From assembly GCA_041671225.1 (NCBI GenBank), contig JBAZBY010000001.1, forward strand, positions 430,940 through 494,939: DNA of 64,000 bases, written 5' to 3'. How positions within the stretch are numbered: the first letter of the stretch is position 1; each line of letters opens with the position of its first letter. Under the pieces are notes generated by a model that worked only from the letters and a program-made list of their open reading frames with translations, searched no databases and was not told where the DNA came from. This document shows, one piece after another, positions 57,801 through 64,000 of this stretch. Both the position numbers and the translations under genes were made by a program. Source of the DNA: Patescibacteria group bacterium. Lineage in GTDB: Bacteria; Patescibacteriota; Patescibacteriia; JBAZBY01.

Positions 57801-60522
57801 CGTGGCCATCCCGACTGCCTTCACGGCTTTGGCAGTAAGCGACGCCATTCAGGTATCCGACGGTCTCCAGCAAGGTGACCAGTATGAGATTCTCGATTAT
57901 GCGTACGTCACTGCGGAGAACGGAACGGCATGCAATGCGGCAGTGAACGAAGCAGGAGAGGCATATATCTATGGGAATGCTGCCTCACAACTTACCATTC
58001 AGTACGCTGATGTGTGCAATCTCGGAAGGAATGCCGGTGGATACCGCGGTCTTGAAGCGTCGGGCATTGATGGTTCAGTGGCAAATGCGGGCATTCTCAT
58101 TGACCGTTCTGAACTTCACGGAAATGCCTGGAATTATTTTGGCGTTAGTCCGAACAATAATAGCACCTACGGATATGGGGTGTATCGCAACCTCATCTAT
58201 AGCAATGCAACACATGCCATGCGTCCGGGCGGGAATGGCATGGAGATCAATGGCAACCGCATCTATAGCAACACGGGGTATGGCGTGTATGGCGCCAATG
58301 CCACGACGTTAGTGATCAGCAATAATCATATCTACCTGAATAGCAGTGATGGTATTGAGATCGAGGGAGCGGGCGCGACTGTTTCCGGGAACACCACCTA
58401 CAAGAATACCGGGTCAGGCATCTATTTTGTCACCTCTGATAATTGTTCCGGCACATCGAATGCTACATTCAGCAATACGGTCCACGGTATTTATGACAAT
58501 TCTGCGTCATACAACAACACCTATACGGGGAACAGTGTTTATTATAACGATTCGTATGGGTTGCGTATCAATAGCACAACGAATACGACCGCAACCTCGA
58601 ACGCGATCTATGCGAATAAAAGTTACGGGCTTGTTACCTCGAACACGGTAAAAAATATTGTCGCTCGCTCAAATACGATTTATTATAATACATTGATTGA
58701 TGTTCTTGTAGGCAAAACAACATATAGTATTTTTGAAAATAACACGATTTACAACATTGGCTCTCCAACGGCTACGTATGGGATTTACATAAGTAATACG
58801 CCGAATTCAAACAATGTTTTCATCGGAAACGCTATTTACAATCAACGTTATGCGATTCAAACAAGCGATAATGCTGCTGTGACGAATACCGTTTTCATCA
58901 ATGAGCAATATGGCGTTTCCGGGAATAACGCTTTCTGGGATATCAATAGTGGCGGATATGCTGACCAGTTATATTTTTACAATTCAACTTTTGGCTCAAC
59001 AACAGAAAACAATGCATTGACTCCGGCGAACGCATTCTATATATCGCGGAAGCACGACGGAGTAGCTGGAGCGACAAAGGTCTGGGGCGAGTACGCGGTG
59101 CAGGCCGACAACACGGAAACGCCGCAGAACGAGGCGACGGATCAGTTCAACTACGCCAACGACCTCTGGCCGGATTCCTTCACGCCGCACGGGTTTTCAG
59201 TTGGGTATGGCGCAGGCAGCGAGGACACCGACCTTGACTATGCAGTAAGCGGAACATTCGGCGGTGATGCGAGCGCATATTCATACCGGGTAGTTTGTAC
59301 TGCGGCCAATTGTGTTTCAACCGGAAGCTCGTGGGACGTGTACCGCAACGGAACATTGCTTACCGCCAAGGCATCAACCGGCTCTCTCTATACAGATGCG
59401 CAGGTTGACGGCAGCACGGCACCCAGCATCCAATTCAAAATTGATGACGCAGGCACGGATTACACTGCTGGCGCTATGTACACGTTCGTTGCGTGGAAAG
59501 CGAGCGGAGATACCAGCACGCAGAAGGCCATCACTATGGCGCAGGATGGGGACAAGTTCACCGTTGCTTCCGGCAGAACGCTTGAACTCAAAGGGAATAC
59601 TGGCGGCGCAAACCCAACGCTCATCACGCGCGGCGCCACCGGCGGATATCAGTTCAGCGTGAGTGGCGCGATCGACGCAGACGGATATTCATTTAACTAC
59701 CTCGGCGGGGCTAGCCAGGCGAGCGGTTTGGATATCAACTCCGGTGCAACGGTCACCAGTCTTGATAACGGATATTTCGATAATTTTGGCACGAACGTGG
59801 GAAGTGCTGATTCATTCATCGATATCGATTCGTCGCTCATCGGCAGCGGCACCCCAACGCGCTCGCTGTATAAGGTATCGTTCGATAACACCACTGGATA
59901 TGCGAACTGCAACATCAATGCGACCGGCGCAGACGCTGCGGGGTATTGGGAGTTTTTGAACAGCACAGGGGCTTTCACCGGGGAAAGCTATGACTGCAAT
60001 GACGCTGCGGCAGATGGTACGCCCGGGCAGATAAGCTGGGGTGATCCATCCATCACACTCAGCATCTCAGATACCGCGATCGGCTTCGGGTCGCTTTCCG
60101 ATGCCGCGGCGCGATATGCGACGGATGATGAAGCCGGTTCAGACAGCGAGGTTGAGGCCCATACCGTCACCGCCAGCACGAACAGTGATAACGGGTATAG
60201 CATCACGGTACAAGGAAGTACACTCACCAGCGGCGGCGATACCATCAGCGCGATCGGTCCAGTAAATACGGCATCAGATCCCGGGACAGAGCAATTCGGC
60301 CTGCGCATGACGGCATCCGGCGGGTCAGGAGCGGTGAGCGCACCATACGCCGCGTCAGGTTTTGCACTGGACACCGCTGCGTTCCCGGACGAGGTCGTAT
60401 CAAGCTCCACTGCAGATAGCGGCACCACGTATTCCGCGCGGTATCTTGCGAATATTTCCGGCCCCACGGAAGCGGGGATATACAATGCCATACTCACTTA
60501 TATTGTGGTTGGTTCTTTCTGA
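51853..60522 (+). CDS. giant (2889 aa) cell-surface protein: N-terminal TM, tail-collar-like module, ~65-aa TLxGxISGxGRLTY repeats, long PbH1 parallel beta-helix region, C-terminal WxL-like domain
   Basis: Collar-like PAGWTCVSCGSGDFYQKFPRGAATYGGTGG almost identical to giant gene 1. Beta-helix repeats NRIYSNTGYGVYGANATTLVISNNHIYLNSSDGIEIEGAGATVSGNTTYKNTGSGIYF... C-terminal 165 aa homologous to the two downstream 357-aa proteins. Confidence 0.85.
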   Translation: MRKPKKIKRKQNATRGTRFFSLALGIIVALGLLIVLWPQTLEEPERPLRKSILGLEQRFLIPGTCTGWHESARAKETDLLGSSARDAFDDSNSAFIPGKEAVLGVGNIELEDVSTELRCDSFAFPEDIEPNALLENIFLRLSLAADGVPDNEDVLALSYSTDDGASWHTLESFPLIDELSNNINDGFFRYELPELTDPKNQLGHLIFRAEYYPGFIEQHSQALIDGVNIAMSFQTDPEEFDVDATPLEAVQIAKGDFQMFEDPVIRVDIEERSALSFIGIGATKREVTNIKVTDPVGTIIPDVAVSEVKKGKKTIAEYRIDETQFTQPGQYQVQIEITQDGETYLITQDFTWGVLALNVLKSVALPGETVNAGMAVLTPGGNTLCDAELELIVTSPSGTRETFRTTDGTIALSSECGPETVTNVPDYAASFTAIEVGLHGLALTARTEYGEYTITDALDVRASVPFDVTRLGPTRIYPEADYTMYMEVVPTQDLLGTVEEFVPAGFVLSNVSDGGEERAISDAQKAVRWLVDWKAGQSYTLSYTFDAPNVSPEFYLLGPATFGASFVEARQWQIASDATDNMLAFWAGGDPPAGWTCVSCGSGDFYQKFPRGAATYGGTGGAATHNNHSISWVSTTGTITPPFSNIGGAVTVAAKVHTHPWISSASMGSGTLLPAYQNLKVIRYDTTGTPATIPSGVILMFDAAPTGSWSRYTAQDNDMIYGENDATGTGGTATHTHGSVGYTVDSSTETSTPQFGMGGVFGAVNGHQHTVSGATTASGNHTPPYLGVLLYSATADNTLPSDAIAMWDDTPADTDWSVVSGAAQSYNGKFLMGVSSYTGTPGGNSTHNHSNLGSTTSAPTGGTVEAEGGTKGTGAVSTHTHTATVSFGNVNNLPPYIDVIMAKYTAPVGIDISGRIYTDEGSTGLDCGTPRTVHLRINGSGTDTVECSNSPSNGSFSFSGVFVDSADIVTLYLDNETEEATTVFVSDGTSQTDVALYQDFVVVRADTGSIINANLVTGDDADDDVKYNVASSNLTVDSGFALHVWTGDTFAPGGTVTMQGAGGSVHINTSATLNMAGSALSVTGSFDNDGTYTPGANLTYFAAPSGTVTISSASAFNNISFNEDGGPVTYTHSSALDVNGTFTLLDGTFQQGANVNLNIAGNIELANASTFTKASGTGLLILDGDLTFFDWHASKQDMGNVHIGTSPDTTDLTSDMAATSLTVNAADIFNTNGYDLDIGTGGITVSGTLDATDDAEGDDTSINTEGLFDLNSGATFTQDQSTVTFDATSGTDGITDDATLTFYNLVLNDAGGSLQVDAVNSFEVSNNLTITNGTLNIASGQTVTHNGATLTLSDIISGAGRLTYTSATAFPATGTISSILRFDATGGNQTMSARTYGGNVEVYNNSASTRTVTAAAGTETLSANLDLSTGNAAVTLDLNANNPTFDVAGNVTIGASTTLIATTSAFTVAGNWDNNGTFTHSSGTVTMDAADTDNTIECGASSFNALTLAGSDSSGTWTAQTDNCTVAGTLNVDTSDVLTITTVTVTHSGATLTLNGTISGTGRLTYLSATNFPTSGTISSILRYDMTATAQNVTNRTYGGLVEIYANTASTRSATALAGTTVMTGGLTLSTGNAAVTFDQTTSDPTLTVTGTVTIGTGTTFSASNSATTSFADSYINNGTFTANSGIITFTATDAGNTLSGTLNGSSAFYKVRFNGTGGEWTTQDPMLISAANDAATLQLYAGTVTVGNGNGDNFEVDGRVVIAGNVGETATLQTAALAEGSSLIFDMNANTSTPTCANCYVQVGVGGGAGTGIFKVQKNTILRLNPRSAATASDTGVQVQTTGNFQVVGSLDDSGTSDSTTNETTLTDTTKAWTTDAHIGKKMRISNTSSLAYGRVYPITANTATALTYTTTASASSTIASITNTGANPTRIICSASNALITADDAGIGRYLHDTTGTAGYFQIVDSTNNNASCSSNDSFVIVAIPTAFTALAVSDAIQVSDGLQQGDQYEILDYAYVTAENGTACNAAVNEAGEAYIYGNAASQLTIQYADVCNLGRNAGGYRGLEASGIDGSVANAGILIDRSELHGNAWNYFGVSPNNNSTYGYGVYRNLIYSNATHAMRPGGNGMEINGNRIYSNTGYGVYGANATTLVISNNHIYLNSSDGIEIEGAGATVSGNTTYKNTGSGIYFVTSDNCSGTSNATFSNTVHGIYDNSASYNNTYTGNSVYYNDSYGLRINSTTNTTATSNAIYANKSYGLVTSNTVKNIVARSNTIYYNTLIDVLVGKTTYSIFENNTIYNIGSPTATYGIYISNTPNSNNVFIGNAIYNQRYAIQTSDNAAVTNTVFINEQYGVSGNNAFWDINSGGYADQLYFYNSTFGSTTENNALTPANAFYISRKHDGVAGATKVWGEYAVQADNTETPQNEATDQFNYANDLWPDSFTPHGFSVGYGAGSEDTDLDYAVSGTFGGDASAYSYRVVCTAANCVSTGSSWDVYRNGTLLTAKASTGSLYTDAQVDGSTAPSIQFKIDDAGTDYTAGAMYTFVAWKASGDTSTQKAITMAQDGDKFTVASGRTLELKGNTGGANPTLITRGATGGYQFSVSGAIDADGYSFNYLGGASQASGLDINSGATVTSLDNGYFDNFGTNVGSADSFIDIDSSLIGSGTPTRSLYKVSFDNTTGYANCNINATGADAAGYWEFLNSTGAFTGESYDCNDAAADGTPGQISWGDPSITLSISDTAIGFGSLSDAAARYATDDEAGSDSEVEAHTVTASTNSDNGYSITVQGSTLTSGGDTISAIGPVNTASDPGTEQFGLRMTASGGSGAVSAPYAASGFALDTAAFPDEVVSSSTADSGTTYSARYLANISGPTEAGIYNAILTYIVVGSF

Positions 60523-60643
60523 TTTCTTGACCCAAAGAGCTTTCCGTGGTATACTGTTTTTGTTGAAGCTCATCAGAGGGGGAATTTTCCGCCTTGAATT
60601 TTCAGCAAAAAAAGATAGAATTCATTCGTTAAGAGAAGCAGAT

Positions 60644-61717
60644 ATGCAGAAGCGACTTCTCATCAGCGGTCTTATCCTCGCGTTCGTCACAGCGCTTACT
60701 TTGCCGTTGCCGCAAACAGCGCATGCGGCCAACCTCACATCACTCTCTGACACGCTCTCCACGCTCACGCAGAATGTTGCGGCGAACCACACCATCCTCT
60801 TCGTCACCCCCACCGGCGTCCAAGCGACCGCTGATACCATCACCATCGACCTTACGGACTTCACCGTCGGTACCGTTGACTACACGGATATCGATCTTGC
60901 AGAAGATAACGATGGCGCGTGCGACGGCACATGGACGGACAAGACGCTTGCCGCTGTTGCAGGCGCTGGAGAATGGGGCGCAGCATTCGCTGCTGCCGTC
61001 CTTACCCTCACCCCGCCGACCGATGCCGCATCCGGTGAGATCGATGCCGGATACTGCGTACAAGTGGAGATCGGCACCAATGCCGCAAGCGGCAATGCGC
61101 AGCTTACCAGCCCGAACGACACCAACACGCATGTCATCGAGCTTGCAGGCAACTTTGGCGATGACGGAAAGTATGCCGTAGACTTTGTTGCGGATGATAG
61201 CGTGGCGGTGAGCGCCACTGTCGACCCGACGATGACTTTTGCCATCTCCGACACGGATATCGGCTTTGGAACGCTTTCTGCGAGCGCAGCCACGTGGGCG
61301 ACCGACGATGCGGCGGGTTCGGCCACGGATGTCGCAGCGCACACCCTTGCCCTCTCCACCAATGCGACCGATGGCTATGCCATCACGTATAACGGCGCAA
61401 CGCTGACATCGGGAAGCGATACTATTTCTGTTGCGACCATTTCCAATAATGCAGACGGCACGCCAACGACAGAAGAGTTTGCCATGGGCTTTTCCACTGA
61501 CGGCGATGCGACCATTGCCGCGGCATATGACCATAATGCGACGCCGGGAAGCCGCGACTGGGCATTCGTGGCAAGCACCACGACGACCATTGCCTCAGAG
61601 CTCGGCCCAACCGCAACAGAGACCATCAGCGCGTTCTATCTTGCAAACATTGCCGCGGTAACGGAAGCGGGCATCTATACGACCAGCGTCACATACATTG
61701 CGACGGCCACATTTTAA
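60644..61717 (+). CDS. 357-aa secreted protein with C-terminal WxL-like domain (paralog A)
   Basis: Track ORF trimmed to MQKRLLISGLILAFVTALTLPLPQTAHA signal peptide. C-terminus ...DTDIGFGTLS...DGYAITYNGATLTSGSDTIS...EAGIYTTSVTYIATATF. Confidence 0.75.
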   Translation: MQKRLLISGLILAFVTALTLPLPQTAHAANLTSLSDTLSTLTQNVAANHTILFVTPTGVQATADTITIDLTDFTVGTVDYTDIDLAEDNDGACDGTWTDKTLAAVAGAGEWGAAFAAAVLTLTPPTDAASGEIDAGYCVQVEIGTNAASGNAQLTSPNDTNTHVIELAGNFGDDGKYAVDFVADDSVAVSATVDPTMTFAISDTDIGFGTLSASAATWATDDAAGSATDVAAHTLALSTNATDGYAITYNGATLTSGSDTISVATISNNADGTPTTEEFAMGFSTDGDATIAAAYDHNATPGSRDWAFVASTTTTIASELGPTATETISAFYLANIAAVTEAGIYTTSVTYIATATF

Positions 61718-61723
61718 AGGGTC

Positions 61724-62797
61724 TTGTACATGGGAAAATATCGCATCATCTCTCTTATCCTCATCATGACATTGGGGTTTGGTTTATCGTGGGCGCCTGT
61801 CCGTGCGGTAAGCCTCACATCACTCTCTGACACGCTCTCCACGCTCACGCAGAATGTTGCGGCGAACCACACCATCCTCTTCGTCACCCCCACCGGCGTC
61901 CAAGCGACCGCTGATACCATCACCATCGACCTTACGGACTTCACCGTCGGTACCGTTGACTACACGGATATCGATCTTGCAGAAGATAACGATGGCGCGT
62001 GCGACGGCACATGGACGGACAAGACGCTTGCCGCTGTTGCAGGCGCTGGAGAATGGGGCGCAGCATTCGCTGCTGCCGTCCTTACCCTCACCCCGCCGAC
62101 CGATGCCGCATCCGGTGAGATCGATGCCGGATACTGCGTACAAGTGGAGATCGGCACCAATGCCGCAAGCGGCAATGCGCAGCTTACCAGCCCGAACGAC
62201 ACCAACACGCATGTCATCGAGCTTGCAGGCAACTTTGGCGATGACGGAAAGTATGCCGTAGACTTTGTTGCGGATGATAGTGTTGATGTCACCGGAACCG
62301 TGGACGCAACAATGACGTTTGCCATCAGCGATGTTGATGTCGGTTTTGGCACGCTTGATGCGAGCAATCCCCGTTGGGCGAATGCCGGCGGCACAGGCTC
62401 AGCCACAGATACGGCCGCGCATACCTTGAGCCTTGCGACGAATGCGACCGATGGCTATGCCATCACCTATAATGGTGCAACACTCACCAGCGGAGCAGAT
62501 ACGATTACGGTTGCTTCTATTTCTAATGATGCAGACGGTACACAAGGATCGGAACAGTTCGCCATGGGCTTTTCCACGGACGGCGATGCGACCATTGCCG
62601 CGGCATATGACCATAATGCGACGCCGGGAAGCCGCGACTGGGCATTCGTGGCAAGCACCACAACGACCCTTGCCTCAGAGCTCGGCCCAACCGCAACAGA
62701 GACCATCAGCGCGTTCTACCTTGCAAACATTGCCGGAAATACAGAAGCAGGGATCTATTCCACCAGCGTCACGTATATTGCGACGGCCACGTTCTAA
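61724..62797 (+). CDS. 357-aa secreted protein with C-terminal WxL-like domain (paralog B)
   Basis: Signal peptide MGKYRIISLILIMTLGFGLSWAPVRA. Residues ~28-190 encoded by DNA 100% identical to paralog A (61800..62283 = 60722..61205). Confidence 0.75.
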   Translation: MYMGKYRIISLILIMTLGFGLSWAPVRAVSLTSLSDTLSTLTQNVAANHTILFVTPTGVQATADTITIDLTDFTVGTVDYTDIDLAEDNDGACDGTWTDKTLAAVAGAGEWGAAFAAAVLTLTPPTDAASGEIDAGYCVQVEIGTNAASGNAQLTSPNDTNTHVIELAGNFGDDGKYAVDFVADDSVDVTGTVDATMTFAISDVDVGFGTLDASNPRWANAGGTGSATDTAAHTLSLATNATDGYAITYNGATLTSGADTITVASISNDADGTQGSEQFAMGFSTDGDATIAAAYDHNATPGSRDWAFVASTTTTLASELGPTATETISAFYLANIAGNTEAGIYSTSVTYIATATF

Positions 62798-62887
62798 GGT
62801 GGGAAAACCGCCATTTCTTTTTTCTGGGATTTCAGTATACTTACTATAGATTATTAACGTTTCATAGTGAAAAAGGGGGATTTCTTT

Positions 62888-63937
62888 ATGCAGAAGCTTG
62901 CTATGGCACTCATCGTGCTCGGCATATTTTTTGTTTTTGGGTTGGAGAAGGCGCAGGCCTTGACCATCATCCCCCCATCAACGGAGTTTCAGGTGGATCC
63001 TGGTGAGACATATGAAACGACCATCAAGCTCTTCAATGAGACGCAGAGCGATCTCACGCTCTATACGGATGTTCGGAATTTTACGCAGCTCGGAGAAACC
63101 GGAACGCCGAATTTTGATTTTGATGCGGAGCTCGCCGGCCTTGCCTCATATATCACGGTAACGCCCGGGCCCATTCCCGTAGGTGCTGGCGAGCGCGTGG
63201 AAGTTGCGGTGAAGATCGCTTTCCCATTGGATGCTGAACCCGGCGGAGCCTACGCTTCTGTATTTTTTACCGAGACCCCCCCAGTACCCACAGCACCTGG
63301 CCAGGTCGCGATTTCTTCAAAGCTTGGCAGTCTTTTGATCGTTCGCGTTAGCGGGGATATTCTTGAAATGGGCGCGGTTTCTGATTTTGGTACTGAGGTC
63401 TGTAATAGTGAGACCAAAACCTGCGCGGAGCATGGCGGAACGTATAACCGTCTTCCGATAGAGTTTTTTATGCGGTATACCAATACAGGCAATGTTCATT
63501 TGCGCCCGAGCGGCACTATTGCAATAAAGAACATACTTGGCGGTACCACTGCGACGCTAGAAATGAATGACGCAGACGGTGCAACGCTTCCAGACAGTAC
63601 GCGCAAATATACTGCTGTGTGGGAGAAAGAAAGAGTGAATGCAGATGAAGGCAATATATGGACGGATTTTTGGCAGGAATTCGGCAATGAATGGCGCAAC
63701 TTCGGCCTTGGCCGTTATACCGCAATGGTTACCGTTACCGCTGGCGAGGATACCATCATTACTGATACCGGCACTCTTACGCTGTGGATTTGGCCATGGC
63801 GCGTGCTTGTTATCTCCTTACTCGTCTTGGTTGCCCTCGTTCTCATTATCTTCTTTGGCATCAAGCGCTATAACGCGCACATCCTGAAGAAAGCCGCGGA
63901 ACAGCAGGGTCAATCTAAGCCGTCGAGCAAGGTGTAG
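62888..63937 (+). CDS. DUF916-like surface protein with C-terminal TM anchor and basic tail (CscA-like)
   Basis: ATG 62888 preceded by AAGGGGGA (track start 62867 is GTG). Signal peptide, beta-sandwich-like LTIIPPSTEFQVDPGETYETTIKLFNETQSDLTLYTDVRNF, C-terminal WRVLVISLLVLVALVLIIFFGIKRYNAH. Confidence 0.65.
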   Translation: MQKLAMALIVLGIFFVFGLEKAQALTIIPPSTEFQVDPGETYETTIKLFNETQSDLTLYTDVRNFTQLGETGTPNFDFDAELAGLASYITVTPGPIPVGAGERVEVAVKIAFPLDAEPGGAYASVFFTETPPVPTAPGQVAISSKLGSLLIVRVSGDILEMGAVSDFGTEVCNSETKTCAEHGGTYNRLPIEFFMRYTNTGNVHLRPSGTIAIKNILGGTTATLEMNDADGATLPDSTRKYTAVWEKERVNADEGNIWTDFWQEFGNEWRNFGLGRYTAMVTVTAGEDTIITDTGTLTLWIWPWRVLVISLLVLVALVLIIFFGIKRYNAHILKKAAEQQGQSKPSSKV

Positions 63938-63955
63938 CCTCTTCGGAGGTCGCAC

Positions 63956-64000
63956 ATGTTTTTTCGCTCGCTTACACTCCTCACGCTCGCGATTCTGGGA
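63956..64000 (+). CDS. start of another secreted-protein gene (MFFRSLTLLTLAILG...), cut by window end
   Basis: ATG preceded by GGAGGT. Hydrophobic signal-like N-terminus. Only 15 codons visible. Confidence 0.4.
   Translation, partial: MFFRSLTLLTLAILG

Noticed and set aside
1-64000. CRISPR arrays, rRNA genes, transposases/integrases, toxin-antitoxin pairs
   Set aside because: No regularly spaced short direct repeats. No 16S/23S/5S signatures. No DDE/tyrosine-recombinase-like ORFs. No small adjacent gene pairs with TA-like features were recognisable by eye.

Overview
64-kb chromosomal segment, roughly 50% GC, that reads like a reduced-genome monoderm bacterium. Supporting traits: short-form IF2, class I FBP aldolase, two giant surface proteins, many pilin-like N-termini. 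A CPR/Patescibacteria-like origin is plausible but unconfirmed. Housekeeping genes recognised: clpB (5' portion, cut at window start), gdhA, trxA, infB, rbfA, nrnA, clpP, rny, hup, pilT, rpe, rpiB, fbp, class I fba, rpmB, Fe/Mn SOD, an ECF sigma/anti-sigma pair, an ABC-2 exporter pair, a CapA-like phosphoesterase, a LOG-family protein, a PAP2 phosphatase and a KefB-like antiporter. Seven tRNA genes lie on the minus strand: Ala-CGC, Ala-GGC, Arg-CCT, Lys-CTT, Arg-TCG, His-GTG (with encoded G-1) and Arg-TCT. Accessory content: (1) a 2230-aa surface protein with tail-collar-like repeats, FN3/Ig-like domains and a C-terminal LysM; (2) a 2889-aa beta-helix surface protein whose C-terminal ~165-aa domain is shared with two downstream 357-aa paralogs and looks WxL-like, followed by a DUF916-like membrane-anchored protein, giving a csc-like surface-complex locus; (3) a tandem array of four paralogs with pilin-like N-termini (Pro where the conserved Glu+5 would be), a 4-Cys module and PsbP-like repeats; (4) a ~2.6-kb GC-rich cassette (B12-binding radical SAM enzyme plus TrmB-like regulator, with palindromic operators) bracketed by 88-bp direct repeats that duplicate the 3' end of a small membrane-protein gene; (5) a ~300-nt structured non-coding transcript candidate with consensus promoter and terminator upstream of infB; (6) an unannotated 40-aa acidic ORF with strong SD and terminator. 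No CRISPR array, rRNA or recognisable transposase/integrase was found.
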